Positions 18,607-28,441 are shown, counted from the first letter of the stretch. The stretch: 32,000 nucleotides of DNA from Wigglesworthia glossinidia endosymbiont of Glossina morsitans morsitans (Yale colony) (GCF_000247565.1 NC_016893.1:450001-482000); one strand, 5' to 3'. Numbers and translations: made by a program. The notes: generated by a model from the letters alone, not told the origin.

Positions 18607-19155
18607 ATGCGTTTAAATATACCAACTTACCTTACTTTATTTCGATTAAGTATCATACCTTTATTTATTATTGTTTTTTATCTTCCATGTAAAGATGCTT
18701 CATTGTATTCTGCAATAATTTTTATATTAGCAGCACTTACAGATTGGTTTGACGGATTTTTAGCACGTCGCTTAAATCAAACTACTTGCTTTGGTGCTTT
18801 TCTTGATCCAGTAGCTGATAAAATTATAGTAGTAATCGGATTAATATTAATTATCGAATATTTTCATTCTTTTTGGATTACATTACCTTCTTCTATTATG
18901 ATTACAAGAGAAATTATTATTGCTTCTTTAAGGGAATGGATGGCAGAATTAGGAAAAAATAATATGCTTGCAGTTTCTGTTTTAGGAAAGTTAAAAACTG
19001 GTATACAAATGTTAGCAATTTTTGCGCTTCTTTGGAAAGAAACTTATAGCATTATAATCATTGGTATATTAGCATTATATACAGCTGCTATTTTAGCGTT
19101 TTGGTCTATGTTGAAATATTTTTACATTGCTTGGAGAGATTTGTTTGAAAATTAA
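18607..19155 (+). CDS. pgsA: CDP-diacylglycerol--glycerol-3-phosphate 3-phosphatidyltransferase
   Basis: 182 aa, the same as E. coli PgsA. It has the CDP-alcohol phosphatidyltransferase motif DWFDGFLARRLNQTTCFGAFLDPVADK. It is followed by the Gly/Cys/Leu tRNA cluster, as in E. coli. Confidence 0.96.
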   Translation: MRLNIPTYLTLFRLSIIPLFIIVFYLPCKDASLYSAIIFILAALTDWFDGFLARRLNQTTCFGAFLDPVADKIIVVIGLILIIEYFHSFWITLPSSIMITREIIIASLREWMAELGKNNMLAVSVLGKLKTGIQMLAIFALLWKETYSIIIIGILALYTAAILAFWSMLKYFYIAWRDLFEN

Positions 19156-19221
19156 AATTACTCTTGATGATTTTTATTTATTAGTTCATAATAATTATTA
19201 TATTTGTGTATAATTAAATTA

Positions 19222-19293
19222 GCGGAAGTAGCTCAGAGGAAGAGCATAACCTTGCCAAGGTTGAGGTCGCGAGTTCAAATCTCGTCTTCCGCT
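19222..19293 (+). tRNA. glyW: tRNA-Gly (anticodon GCC)
   Basis: Hand-folded cloverleaf. Acceptor GCGGAAG/CTTCCGC, D arm GCTC-AGAGGAA-GAGC, anticodon arm TAACC-TTGCCAA-GGTTG, T arm GCGAG-TTCAAAT-CTCGT, discriminator T. No CCA is encoded; the next bases are ATT. Confidence 0.9.
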
Positions 19294-19315
19294 ATTAGTT
19301 TCAGTTTTCGAAACA

Positions 19316-19387
19316 GGCGCGTTGGCAGAATGGTGTATGCAATGGATTGCAAATCCATTCATCTCGGTTCAATTCCGAGACGCGCCT
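19316..19387 (+). tRNA. cysT: tRNA-Cys (anticodon GCA)
   Basis: Acceptor GGCGCGT/ACGCGCC, anticodon loop TTGCAAA with GCA at positions 34-36, T arm CTCGG-TTCAATT-CCGAG, discriminator T (U73). The next bases are AGG, so no CCA is encoded. Confidence 0.9.
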
Positions 19388-19404
19388 AGGTAAGTATCTA
19401 TTTT

Positions 19405-19489
19405 GCCCAGGTGGTGAAATCGGTAGACACAAGGGACTTAAAATCCCTCGGCTTTTTTAGCTATGCGGGTTCGAGTCCCGCCTTGGGCA
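19405..19489 (+). tRNA. leuZ: tRNA-Leu (anticodon TAA), class II with long variable arm
   Basis: Acceptor GCCCAGG/CTTGGGC (one G-T pair), anticodon arm AGGGA-CTTAAAA-TCCCT, long variable arm, T arm GCGGG-TTCGAGT-CCCGC, discriminator A. The next bases are ATG, so no CCA is encoded. Confidence 0.9.
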
Positions 19490-19560
19490 AATGAAATAAA
19501 TGCTTTATTTTTTAAAATAAACATTTTAATAAGCTATACAGAAAAATATAAAAATTAGAG

Positions 19561-20139
19561 TTATATAATTTTTTTTCCACTCCATCTTTTTATAAGATTA
19601 TCTGCAATACTTAAATGAAATTGATCTAAAATTCTAATTACGGTATGATTTATAATATCATCAAGTGTTTTAGGATTATGATAAAATGCAGGAGTTGGAG
19701 GCATAATTATAGCTCCAATCTTAGATGCACGAAGCATAAGATCTAAGTGACCTGTATGTAAAGGAGTTTCTCTAACAGAGAGTACTAATTTTCTTTTTTC
19801 TTTTAATACAACATCTGCTGCGCGTATTAATAACGAATCATTATAGCTATTCACAATTCCAGATAAAGTTTTTATAGTACAAGGAATAATGATCATTCCA
19901 ATAGTTTTATACGATCCGGAACTAATATTAGCAGAAATATCGTGAATATTGTGTATAACATTCGCCATACTATTTATTTCTTTTAAGGAGTAATTGGTTT
20001 CTAAAAATAGTGTTTTTTTAGCCGATTTAGTAACAATTAAATGTATAGAAATTTTTTTTGTGATTTTTAAGATCTTTAATAAACGAATTCCATAAATAAT
20101 TCCACTTGCACCGCTAATACCAATAATTAAGTTTTGCAT
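19561..20139 (-). CDS. ubiX: flavin prenyltransferase UbiX (ubiquinone biosynthesis)
   Basis: 192 aa (E. coli 189). N-terminal flavoprotein motif GISGASGIIYGIRLL. Its position next to purF matches E. coli. Confidence 0.92.
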   Translation of the reverse strand: MQNLIIGISGASGIIYGIRLLKILKITKKISIHLIVTKSAKKTLFLETNYSLKEINSMANVIHNIHDISANISSGSYKTIGMIIIPCTIKTLSGIVNSYNDSLLIRAADVVLKEKRKLVLSVRETPLHTGHLDLMLRASKIGAIIMPPTPAFYHNPKTLDDIINHTVIRILDQFHLSIADNLIKRWSGKKII

Positions 20140-20206
20140 ATTAAAGAAAAATAAATTTTAGTACCTTACTGTATCACATAAAAAATTATTAATCATTTCA
20201 TTCTTA

Positions 20207-21613
20207 TTAAGCAGGATAAATTCCATTAAATATCGATGATTCAAAATTTTTTATTTGAGGATTATATTTTTTTAATTTATTTTCTAAATCGCTTAAGTTT
20301 TGAAAAATCAAAGCATCTGCTCCAATTGCAATACGAATTTCATTTAGTGATTTTTGATATGCAATAAGTTCAGAAGAATTTGGAATATCAATTCCATAAA
20401 GATTGGGAAATCGAATTTCTGGTGCAGCGGATGCTAAATATACGTTAACAGCTCCTGCATCACGTGCCATTTCTACAATTTGCCGTGAAGTATTGCCTCG
20501 TACAATTGAATCGTCTACTAGTAATACTTTTTTTTTATAAAATTCAGCTTTATTTACATTAAATTTATAGCGTATTGATTTTTTTCTTATATTTGGATTA
20601 GATATGATAAATGTGCGACCTACATATCTATTTTTTACAAAACCTTGACGATACGGTTTTTTTAAGATTCTAGCAATTTCTAACGCAGTATCACATGATG
20701 TTTCTGGAATTGGAATAATAGCATCAATTGAAAGATTTTTCCATTCTTTAGATATTTTTTTTCCTAAAATTTGACCCATTTTTATTCTTGCAGTATACAC
20801 TGATATTTTATCAATAATCGAATCTGGTCTAGCAAAATAAACATATTCAAACAAACATGGACAATACTTAGATGATATAGAACACTGTTTTGTAATTAGT
20901 TGTCCAGAATAAGTTAAAAATATACCTTCTCCTGGAGCAACATCTCTTAAGTGTTTAAATCCTAATATGTCTAATGCAACACTTTCGGATGCAATAATAT
21001 ATTCAGTTTTATTATAATTTATTTTACGTTCTCCAATAACTAACGGACGAATTCCATTAGGATCTCTAAAAGCAAATAATCCATGTCCAATAATCATACC
21101 TACACAAGAATATGCGCCTTGGACTCTTTGATGAGTTTTAGAAATTGCAGAAAAAATGTTTTCAGATGTTATAGGGTAGTGTTGAAATTGATCTAGTTCG
21201 GAAGCAAAAATATTTAATAGTACTTCTGAATCAGATGCAGTATTCATGTGACGTCGTTGCGTTTCAAATAGTTGTTTTCTTAAGCTATTTGTATTTACTA
21301 AATTTCCATTATGTGCAAGAGTAATGCCAAATGGTGAGTTTACGTAAAATGGCTGAACTTCGTATATGCTATTTTCTCCTGAAGTAGGATAACGTACATG
21401 ACCAATTCCCATATTACCTTTTAATCGATTAAGATCATTTACATTAAATACATCTCTTACTAAGCCACTAGATTTATGTATACGAAAAAAGTTATGTTGA
21501 TCCATAGTAGTAATGCCCGCTGAATCTTGTCCTCGATGTTGTAACACCGTTAAAGCATCGTATATAGATTGAGCAATTGCATGATTTCCTACAATTCCAA
21601 CAACACCGCACAT
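20207..21613 (-). CDS. purF: amidophosphoribosyltransferase
   Basis: N-terminal MCGVVGI (Cys1 nucleophile of the Ntn amidotransferase) and PRTase motif [14 protein letters not shown]. 468 aa; it lacks the ~37-aa C-terminal tail of E. coli PurF (505 aa). Confidence 0.97.
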   Translation of the reverse strand: MCGVVGIVGNHAIAQSIYDALTVLQHRGQDSAGITTMDQHNFFRIHKSSGLVRDVFNVNDLNRLKGNMGIGHVRYPTSGENSIYEVQPFYVNSPFGITLAHNGNLVNTNSLRKQLFETQRRHMNTASDSEVLLNIFASELDQFQHYPITSENIFSAISKTHQRVQGAYSCVGMIIGHGLFAFRDPNGIRPLVIGERKINYNKTEYIIASESVALDILGFKHLRDVAPGEGIFLTYSGQLITKQCSISSKYCPCLFEYVYFARPDSIIDKISVYTARIKMGQILGKKISKEWKNLSIDAIIPIPETSCDTALEIARILKKPYRQGFVKNRYVGRTFIISNPNIRKKSIRYKFNVNKAEFYKKKVLLVDDSIVRGNTSRQIVEMARDAGAVNVYLASAAPEIRFPNLYGIDIPNSSELIAYQKSLNEIRIAIGADALIFQNLSDLENKLKKYNPQIKNFESSIFNGIYPA

Positions 21614-21645
21614 AATAGTTATTTCCTTCTAAAAAATAATTTACA

Positions 21646-22134
21646 TTAAATGTTCTTTATAAAATTTATATATTTACTTAAAATTTTTATAAACCATATA
21701 GTTGTGTAGTTAAAATAAGGAAGCAATTTCGAGTTAGTCCAATACATACTTTCTGTACATTTTGTGAACGTTTTTAAAAAAAATATAAGTATTGATATTA
21801 TCAAAATACCACGAAATGTTCCAAAACAAACTCCTAAAAATTTGTTTAAATCAGATAATCCAAATTGATTAATAAAATTGTTTAAATAATGATTAATTAT
21901 TGATCCTATTATTAATATAAATAAAAATATTAAAAATATAGAAGATATATTTCTAATAAATTTTTCTTCAAAAAAAACAAAAATGTTAGATAATATATCA
22001 TAATAACGACTCGATAATATAATTGCCGTTATCCATATGATTAAGGAAAATATTTCGCTGACAAATCCTCTGATAAAACTAATCAAAGCAGAAAATATAA
22101 TAATGCTAGCGATCAAGTAATCGGTAGCAATCAT
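21646..22134 (-). CDS. cvpA: colicin V production membrane protein CvpA
   Basis: 162 aa, the same as E. coli CvpA. It is a multi-TM protein and lies between purF and folC as in E. coli. Confidence 0.88.
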   Translation of the reverse strand: MIATDYLIASIIIFSALISFIRGFVSEIFSLIIWITAIILSSRYYDILSNIFVFFEEKFIRNISSIFLIFLFILIIGSIINHYLNNFINQFGLSDLNKFLGVCFGTFRGILIISILIFFLKTFTKCTESMYWTNSKLLPYFNYTTIWFIKILSKYINFIKNI

Positions 22135-22265
22135 GTTTGAATTCCTTTTTTAATAAAAGTTAAATTATAAAAATTTATATTTAATATAAAAAATTTTTTT
22201 TATTCGATATTTTTAAATAAAATTTAATTAACTGTATCTAATTTTTTCAGATTGTAATGTTTTAC

Positions 22266-23522
22266 TTATTTTATTTTTAAAATAGATGCTACGGTATGAA
22301 ATGATCCAAAAATTAATATACAATCGCTTTTTTTTGCTTTTTTAATTGCGTTTTTCCAAGCATTTTGCACAGTATCAAATTTTTTTATTTCACTTTTTTT
22401 ATTATCTAAATGCGTTACTATTTCTTCATGACTAGCTCCTCTAGAAAATTCTAGCAAAGAAACACAGTACCATATATTAACAATACTTAAAAAGTGTTTT
22501 AATGTATTTTTAATGTCTTTATCACGTAACATACCTATAATGACATATAGAAATCTAATATTTTTTTTAATTTTTTTTATTTTCTTTGATAAAAAATAAG
22601 CCGCATGAGGATTATGCGCTACATCTAAAATAATTAAAGGTTTTTTATTGATAATCTGAAATCTTCCAATTAATTTAGTTTGCAATCCTTGCAGTATTGA
22701 ACGAGGTGATACGTAATATGGCAAAGATTGAATAACGGCTAATGCGGTAGCTGCATTTCGCACTGAAAGATTAGGATAGGGAAGATTTATAGAATAATCT
22801 TGATTACTCCATATCCAAAATTTAGGATTTTTTTTGTAAAACCAATGAGTATTTAAAAAGTATGGTATTGATTTATGATATTCTACAGATTTTTTTAATT
22901 CTAATGCATTTTGAATATCTCCAAAAATTGCTATTTTTCCGGTACGAAAAATTCCAGATTTTTCTTTTGCTATTTGCATGCATGTATTACCCAAAATTTG
23001 GGTGTGTTCTAATGCAATATTAGTAATTACTGAAATATCAGAATGAACAATATTAGTAGCATCTAATATTCCTCCTAATCCTACCTCTAGAATAACGACA
23101 TCTAGTTTTAAATATTTAAAAATTGATAAAGCAACTAATGTGGTAAATTCAAAATAACTAATAGATATTTTTTTTCTTGCTTTATTGATATAAGATATTG
23201 CTGAAATGCATATTTCATCTGAAATTGGTATACCTTGTACACGAATACGTTCGTTATACTTTATAAAATGAGGTGAACTATATACTCCAACAGTTTTTTT
23301 GCTATATAAAATAATAGTTTCTATTAGACGACACGTACTACCTTTTCCGTTAGTTCCTCCAACAATAATAACAACTGGTGCTGGTTTTAACAAACCTAAA
23401 TTGGAGGCAATATGATATATTCCATCTAGTCTTAAATCGATATCTTTATGATGTATATTTTCGATATGTTTTATCCAATCTGAAATTTTAGAATAATTAT
23501 TCGGTATAAATACATGTTTCAT
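22266..23522 (-). CDS. folC: bifunctional folylpolyglutamate synthase / dihydrofolate synthase
   Basis: 418 aa (E. coli 422). It has the P-loop GGTNGKGST. The N-terminus ..W..IENIH.K.IDL.L aligns with E. coli SWLSYLENLHSKTIDLGL. Confidence 0.95.
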   Translation of the reverse strand: MKHVFIPNNYSKISDWIKHIENIHHKDIDLRLDGIYHIASNLGLLKPAPVVIIVGGTNGKGSTCRLIETIILYSKKTVGVYSSPHFIKYNERIRVQGIPISDEICISAISYINKARKKISISYFEFTTLVALSIFKYLKLDVVILEVGLGGILDATNIVHSDISVITNIALEHTQILGNTCMQIAKEKSGIFRTGKIAIFGDIQNALELKKSVEYHKSIPYFLNTHWFYKKNPKFWIWSNQDYSINLPYPNLSVRNAATALAVIQSLPYYVSPRSILQGLQTKLIGRFQIINKKPLIILDVAHNPHAAYFLSKKIKKIKKNIRFLYVIIGMLRDKDIKNTLKHFLSIVNIWYCVSLLEFSRGASHEEIVTHLDNKKSEIKKFDTVQNAWKNAIKKAKKSDCILIFGSFHTVASILKIK

Positions 23523-23553
23523 AATTTGTTATATAAAAATATTTCGTATTCAA

Positions 23554-24417
23554 TTAAGAATTAGTATCTGGTTCCGGTTGATTAGTAATTTTTGCTAATA
23601 TTTTTGCAAGTGATTTACGCATTTTAGGTCTTCTAATAATTAAATCAATGGCACCTTTTTGAATTAAAAATTCACTTTTTTGAAATCCAGATGGTAGCTT
23701 TTCTCGTACAGTTTGTGCAATTACACGAGGACCAGCAAATCCTATTAAAGCTTTTGGTTCTGCAATATTTAGGTCTCCTAGCATGGCGATGCTTGCAGAG
23801 ACTCCGCCCATGCTCGGATCAGTCAGTACGGATATATACGGAATTTTATACTGTTTTAATTTTCCTAAAGCTGCGCTAGTCTTTGCCATTTGCATAAGAG
23901 AAATTAAAGCTTCTTGTATACGAGCACCTCCACTAGCAGAAAAACATATCATAGGACAATTTTTTTTTATTGCTTGATTTATTCCTTGTACAAAACGAGC
24001 ACCTACGATAGAAGACATAGAACCTCCTATGAAAGAAAATTCAAATGCCGCAGCGATTACTGGCATATTGTACAAAGTACCTTCCATTACTATTATTGCT
24101 TCTTTTTCTTGTGTGATTTTTTGTGCAGAATTTAATCGATCTTTATATTTTTTTGTATCTTTAAATTTTAAAATGTCTTTTGGTTCTAGTTCTTTACCAA
24201 TTTCATAAATGTTATTTTGATCTAAAAAGTTCTTTAATCTTTTTCTTGCTGGTATTCGCATATGAAAATCGCATTTTGGACATACTTCTAAATTGCGTTC
24301 TAATTCTAATCGGTATAGCATTTGATTACAGTTAGAACATTTTGTCCATAACCCTTCTGGAATATTAGTTTTTTTTGTAATAGTATGTTTTTTTAAAATA
24401 CGTTCAATCCAGCTCAT
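23554..24417 (-). CDS. accD: acetyl-CoA carboxylase carboxyltransferase beta subunit
   Basis: N-terminal MSWIERI and the zinc ribbon CSNCNQ...CPKCDFH, followed by the carboxyltransferase domain ([20 protein letters not shown]). 287 aa. Confidence 0.97.
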   Translation of the reverse strand: MSWIERILKKHTITKKTNIPEGLWTKCSNCNQMLYRLELERNLEVCPKCDFHMRIPARKRLKNFLDQNNIYEIGKELEPKDILKFKDTKKYKDRLNSAQKITQEKEAIIVMEGTLYNMPVIAAAFEFSFIGGSMSSIVGARFVQGINQAIKKNCPMICFSASGGARIQEALISLMQMAKTSAALGKLKQYKIPYISVLTDPSMGGVSASIAMLGDLNIAEPKALIGFAGPRVIAQTVREKLPSGFQKSEFLIQKGAIDLIIRRPKMRKSLAKILAKITNQPEPDTNS

Positions 24418-24529
24418 ATAAAATTGTATAGTTATGTAAAATACGTTTAGTACAAAATTTTGTATTATTTAATATTATTAATTTGTTTTAATTAATATAT
24501 ATTGTCTACGAGTTTTCTAATAAGATAAC

Positions 24530-25342
24530 TTAATTAATAAATTTTTTAAATAAAAATTGGTTAAAAAAAGATATTTTCATATTTATATGAGGAATTTTAA
24601 AAAATTTTGGGTAACATACTTCAGCAAGATATAAGCCGTTTGGAGAAGCAGTGGGTCCGGCAAGTTTCCTATCTTTTAAAATTAATAATTCAGAAATCCA
24701 AAATTCAGATTTTTCACCTTTTCCAATTTGGATTAAAGTACCTACTATATTTCTTACCATATGATGTACAAATGAATTAGCACAAATATCAATATAAATA
24801 TATTTTCCATATTTAAAAATTTTAATATTATGTATAATACGATAAGCGGTCTTTGATTGACAGTTTTTACTTCTAAAAGAAGTGAAATCGTGTTTTCCTA
24901 TTAGTTTGTTTGCCGATTTTTGCATTTTTTTTACATTTAAAGAAAAAAATACTGTAGCGCAGTATTCTTGAAAGATACCAGGACGTACAATATGATTGTA
25001 TATTACATATACGTATCTTCTAGAAGTTGCACTATATCGTGCATGAAAATTTTTTTTAACTGGAATTATCCATATAACTGCAATATCATATGGTAAATAT
25101 GTGTTGACTCCTAGCATCCATTGACGATTAGAACGTATTATATGCGTAGAAAAATGTATTATTTGACAAATAGCGTGAACTTTAGCATCTGTTCTTCCAG
25201 AACAATATGTTGTAATTTTAGATCCAGAAAATTTGGTTAAAGCATTTTCGATTTCTATTTGAATAGAGGCAGATTTTTTTTGTATTTGCCATCCACAATA
25301 TTTGTTTCCGTTATACTGCACACAAGCAGCAAATTTTTGCAT
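24530..25342 (-). CDS. truA: tRNA pseudouridine(38-40) synthase
   Basis: 270 aa, the same as E. coli TruA. The catalytic Asp lies in SGRTDAKVHA, and the C-terminal HHMVRNIVG motif is present. Confidence 0.95.
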   Translation of the reverse strand: MQKFAACVQYNGNKYCGWQIQKKSASIQIEIENALTKFSGSKITTYCSGRTDAKVHAICQIIHFSTHIIRSNRQWMLGVNTYLPYDIAVIWIIPVKKNFHARYSATSRRYVYVIYNHIVRPGIFQEYCATVFFSLNVKKMQKSANKLIGKHDFTSFRSKNCQSKTAYRIIHNIKIFKYGKYIYIDICANSFVHHMVRNIVGTLIQIGKGEKSEFWISELLILKDRKLAGPTASPNGLYLAEVCYPKFFKIPHINMKISFFNQFLFKKFIN

Positions 25343-25443
25343 AATTTTAAATATTTAATTTTGATTTTTTATAAAAATATAAATTTTTTAAATAATGTTT
25401 TATTTTTATGTAAAAAATTGTTGAAATTTAAAATATTTATTAT

Positions 25444-26589
25444 TTATTTTTTGTTATATATAGCATTAAATCCTATTTTTTTTAAAATTTGTGAAAAATA
25501 TGCGTTATCCACTTTTACATTTATAGATGACCATTCTCGACGATTTCGATAAGAAGATCGTAAATTATCAAAGTTATTTTTTTTATGAATATAGTTTTTC
25601 AATTGATTATCATCGTATAAAATATTATTAGTTAAAAGAGTTAATAAATAAATTTTTGATTGACTACATTTTCCTGATAAAGATATACGATTTATATCGG
25701 ATTTATAAAAAAAATCTAAAATTGAATTTAATGATTTTAATTGTATTTTTTTTCCTAAAAATTTACATAATTTATTAAATATTGTAATTACTCCTCTAAT
25801 TTTTCCTTCAATACTATGTCCTGCAATATGTGGAGTACCTATATCAACACGAGACAACAAGTCCAAGCAAATTTTTGGTTCATTTTCCCAAACGTCTAAT
25901 ACAACTTTAATTGGTTTGCCCAAACGCATAATATTGAGCAATGCTAAATTATCTACAACAGCACCGCGAGAAGTATTAATTAGTATACAATTATCTGGTA
26001 ATTTTAATAAAATTTTCTCATTAATTAAATGTTTTGTAGGATATAGTCCGTGTGTAGTTAAAGGAACATGTAATGTTAAGATATCTGCATTTTGTATAAG
26101 TGTGTCTAGAGGAGTCCAAGTATTGTAATCAAAAATTTTTTTTACAAATGGATCATATAATAATGTTTTAATTCCAAGAGCATTTAATTTTTTACTTAAA
26201 CATTTTCCAATGTTACCTACTCCGATAATTCCTACTGTTTTTTTAATTAACAAAAATTTATCGCGTATAGACAAATGTAGTAAACATGATAGCACATATT
26301 CTGCTACCGCAATAGAATTGCATCCAGGAGAAAAATGAAAATGTATTTGTTTTTTTTTCAACCACATAAGATCAACATGATCAATTCCAGAAGTAACACT
26401 ACCAATAAATTTGATTTTAGTATTGTTTAATAATTGTTTATTAATAGTTGTCGTAGATTTGATAATTAAGATATCAATATCTTTTAATTTTGATTTGATT
26501 ATTTTGCGTCCATGCATTAATTGAATAATACCTAACTGTTTAAACCAACTTAAAAAAAAAGAAAGATTTTCATCTATTAAAATATTCAT
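25444..26589 (-). CDS. pdxB: erythronate-4-phosphate dehydrogenase (pyridoxal phosphate biosynthesis)
   Basis: 381 aa (E. coli 378). N-terminal MNILIDEN and NAD-binding GIIGVGNIGKCL. It has the catalytic region TPHIAGHS and a PdxB-specific C-terminal dimerisation extension. Confidence 0.93.
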   Translation of the reverse strand: MNILIDENLSFFLSWFKQLGIIQLMHGRKIIKSKLKDIDILIIKSTTTINKQLLNNTKIKFIGSVTSGIDHVDLMWLKKKQIHFHFSPGCNSIAVAEYVLSCLLHLSIRDKFLLIKKTVGIIGVGNIGKCLSKKLNALGIKTLLYDPFVKKIFDYNTWTPLDTLIQNADILTLHVPLTTHGLYPTKHLINEKILLKLPDNCILINTSRGAVVDNLALLNIMRLGKPIKVVLDVWENEPKICLDLLSRVDIGTPHIAGHSIEGKIRGVITIFNKLCKFLGKKIQLKSLNSILDFFYKSDINRISLSGKCSQSKIYLLTLLTNNILYDDNQLKNYIHKKNNFDNLRSSYRNRREWSSINVKVDNAYFSQILKKIGFNAIYNKK

Positions 26590-26774
26590 ATTTTATGAAA
26601 TAAGTAATAAAGTTCGGTTATATTGTTTAATATTATATGAATTAATTAAATTATATTAAAATTTATTAGTTTATTGCATATTACATAATTTTTATTAAAA
26701 GTAAATATTATTGCATGTAAATTAGTAGAAGTATTTTACTTTTATATAATTTAAAAAAATATTGTAATTTTTAC

Positions 26775-27218
26775 TTATTTTTTTGTTAATATAGACATGG
26801 GATCAATACTTTTACCTCGATATCGTATTTCGAAATACAATTTTGTTTCATTTGAATTAGATTTTCCCATGGTAGCTATTTTTTGACCAGATTTTATTTT
26901 TTGTTTTTTACTTACTAGTATAGTATTATTATGTGCATATATACTTAAATAATTATTTTTGTGTTTTAAAATAATTAAGTTTCCATAACCTTTAATATTA
27001 TTTCCAACGTATACTACTTGGCCTTCGTGAGCAGCTAAAATGGGCTGATTATATTTTCCGAATATTTCTAATTTTTTACGTGAAGAATGGATCGTTATTT
27101 TCCCTTTAGAAGGCCAAATCCAAAACTTTGATTTATATATAATATCATTTTTTTTTCTGATATTTTTTCTTGTTTTTTTTTGAGTTTTTAATTTTTTTTG
27201 TACGATAAATTCGTTCAT
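26775..27218 (-). CDS. nlpD: NlpD-like M23 (LytM) domain protein, C-terminal portion
   Basis: WIWPSKGKI..., VVYVGNNIKGYGNLIILKHKNNYLSIYAHNNTILVSKKQKIKSGQKIATMG and KLYFEIRYRGKSIDP align with the E. coli NlpD C-terminus (WRWPTEGKV.., [50 protein letters not shown]). The gene is downstream of surE as in E. coli. The reading frame is open for a further 141 nt upstream of the ATG (see findings). Confidence 0.85.
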   Translation of the reverse strand: MNEFIVQKKLKTQKKTRKNIRKKNDIIYKSKFWIWPSKGKITIHSSRKKLEIFGKYNQPILAAHEGQVVYVGNNIKGYGNLIILKHKNNYLSIYAHNNTILVSKKQKIKSGQKIATMGKSNSNETKLYFEIRYRGKSIDPMSILTKK

Positions 27219-27313
27219 TAAGTTTTTTAATGTATATACACGATCGGAATGAACTTTAAAATGAAAAAAATCTTTTTTATGAATTGTTAAGTGAGAAAAA
27301 TAATTTTGAATTT

Positions 27314-27514
27314 TTACTTCAAAATCAAGAAAAAATTTTTTTTTGTATATATTGACTTTTTATCACTTGTTTTTTCATTAGTATTGTTTAAATTAAAAAA
27401 ATCATATTTAAAACATGTATTTTTTATTAAATCATAATAAGAACTAAATACTGGTTTAATATAAAAATTAATATGTAATAATACAATTAATAGAAATTTA
27501 TAACTCATAATCAT
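27314..27514 (-). CDS. 66-aa ORF with an N-terminal hydrophobic signal-like segment; probable detached N-terminal fragment of nlpD
   Basis: MIMSYKFLLIVLLHINFYIKPVFSS looks like a signal or anchor sequence. The ORF ends 96 nt upstream of the nlpD ATG and overlaps the upstream-open nlpD frame across an A9 tract. It has no homology of its own that I recognise. Confidence 0.45.
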   Translation of the reverse strand: MIMSYKFLLIVLLHINFYIKPVFSSYYDLIKNTCFKYDFFNLNNTNEKTSDKKSIYTKKNFFLILK

Positions 27515-27646
27515 TATATCTTTTACGATTTAAAATATAAAAATTTGGAAATTTAAAAAAAGTATTAATTTACAAATTTTTGTAAAAATTTATATTAAAA
27601 TTACTTTTATTTTAAAAAAAATTATATTGTACAAATATTTATTTTC

Positions 27647-28399
27647 TTATGTATACATTTCAAACCATTTAAAAATTGGATCTATTGCTTCATGATACGT
27701 TAAATTTAAAGATAATGGGGTTACCGAAATGTAACCATGCTTAATAGCGTAAAAATCAGTATCAGAACGATCTTCATAGTTCTTTAAATTTGCACCTATC
27801 CAAAAAATTTTATTATTTTTCGGATCTTTTTTTTGTATTATTTTATGTTTTGTATAATGTCGACCAAGTTTAGTAACTTTAAAACCTTTAATTTTTTTTA
27901 AAGGAAGGTCTGGTATATTAATATTTAATATATATTTTTTTTTAAGTGGATTTTTAGCAATAGCATTTAATAATTTACATGTTATTTTAATGGCAGTACA
28001 TAGATAGCGCTTACCAGTTAAAGATATTGCAAAAGAAGAATACTTTAGATCTCTGCCTTCAAAAGCAGCTGCGATAGTACCAGAGTAAAAAACATCATCG
28101 CCTAAATTTGATCCTAAGTTAATTCCAGAAATAACAAAATCCGGTTTAGGTTGCATAAAAAAATTAACGCCTAAGTATACACAGTCTGCTGGAGTACCTG
28201 AAATTACAGTAATATCTCCATTAGAAAAACGATGAATACGTAATGGTTGATTAATAGTTAGAGCATGTGAAGATCCGCTACGATCGTAATTTGGAGCAAT
28301 TACTTGCAGATTAAAAGAACTTTTTAGTTTTTTCGCTAATTTTTGCAATCCAGGCGAATAAATTCCGTCATCATTGCTTAATAATAAGTTCATTTTCAT
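27647..28399 (-). CDS. surE: 5'/3'-nucleotidase SurE
   Basis: 250 aa. Motifs LLSNDDGIYSPG, SGTPADCVYLG, SGINLGSNLGDDVFYSGTIAAA. The start could be the third codon (Met at 28393), which aligns better with E. coli MRILLSNDDG. Confidence 0.96.
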   Translation of the reverse strand: MKMNLLLSNDDGIYSPGLQKLAKKLKSSFNLQVIAPNYDRSGSSHALTINQPLRIHRFSNGDITVISGTPADCVYLGVNFFMQPKPDFVISGINLGSNLGDDVFYSGTIAAAFEGRDLKYSSFAISLTGKRYLCTAIKITCKLLNAIAKNPLKKKYILNINIPDLPLKKIKGFKVTKLGRHYTKHKIIQKKDPKNNKIFWIGANLKNYEDRSDTDFYAIKHGYISVTPLSLNLTYHEAIDPIFKWFEMYT

Positions 28400-28441
28400 G
28401 AAAACTTTTAAAGTTTATTTTAATTTTAAAATATTTATTAT

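Noticed and set aside
19204-19389. A 61-aa ORF on the plus strand after pgsA.
   Set aside because: It is read straight through the tRNA-Gly and tRNA-Cys genes. The relative GC richness of the tRNAs keeps the frame open, so it is not a protein-coding gene.
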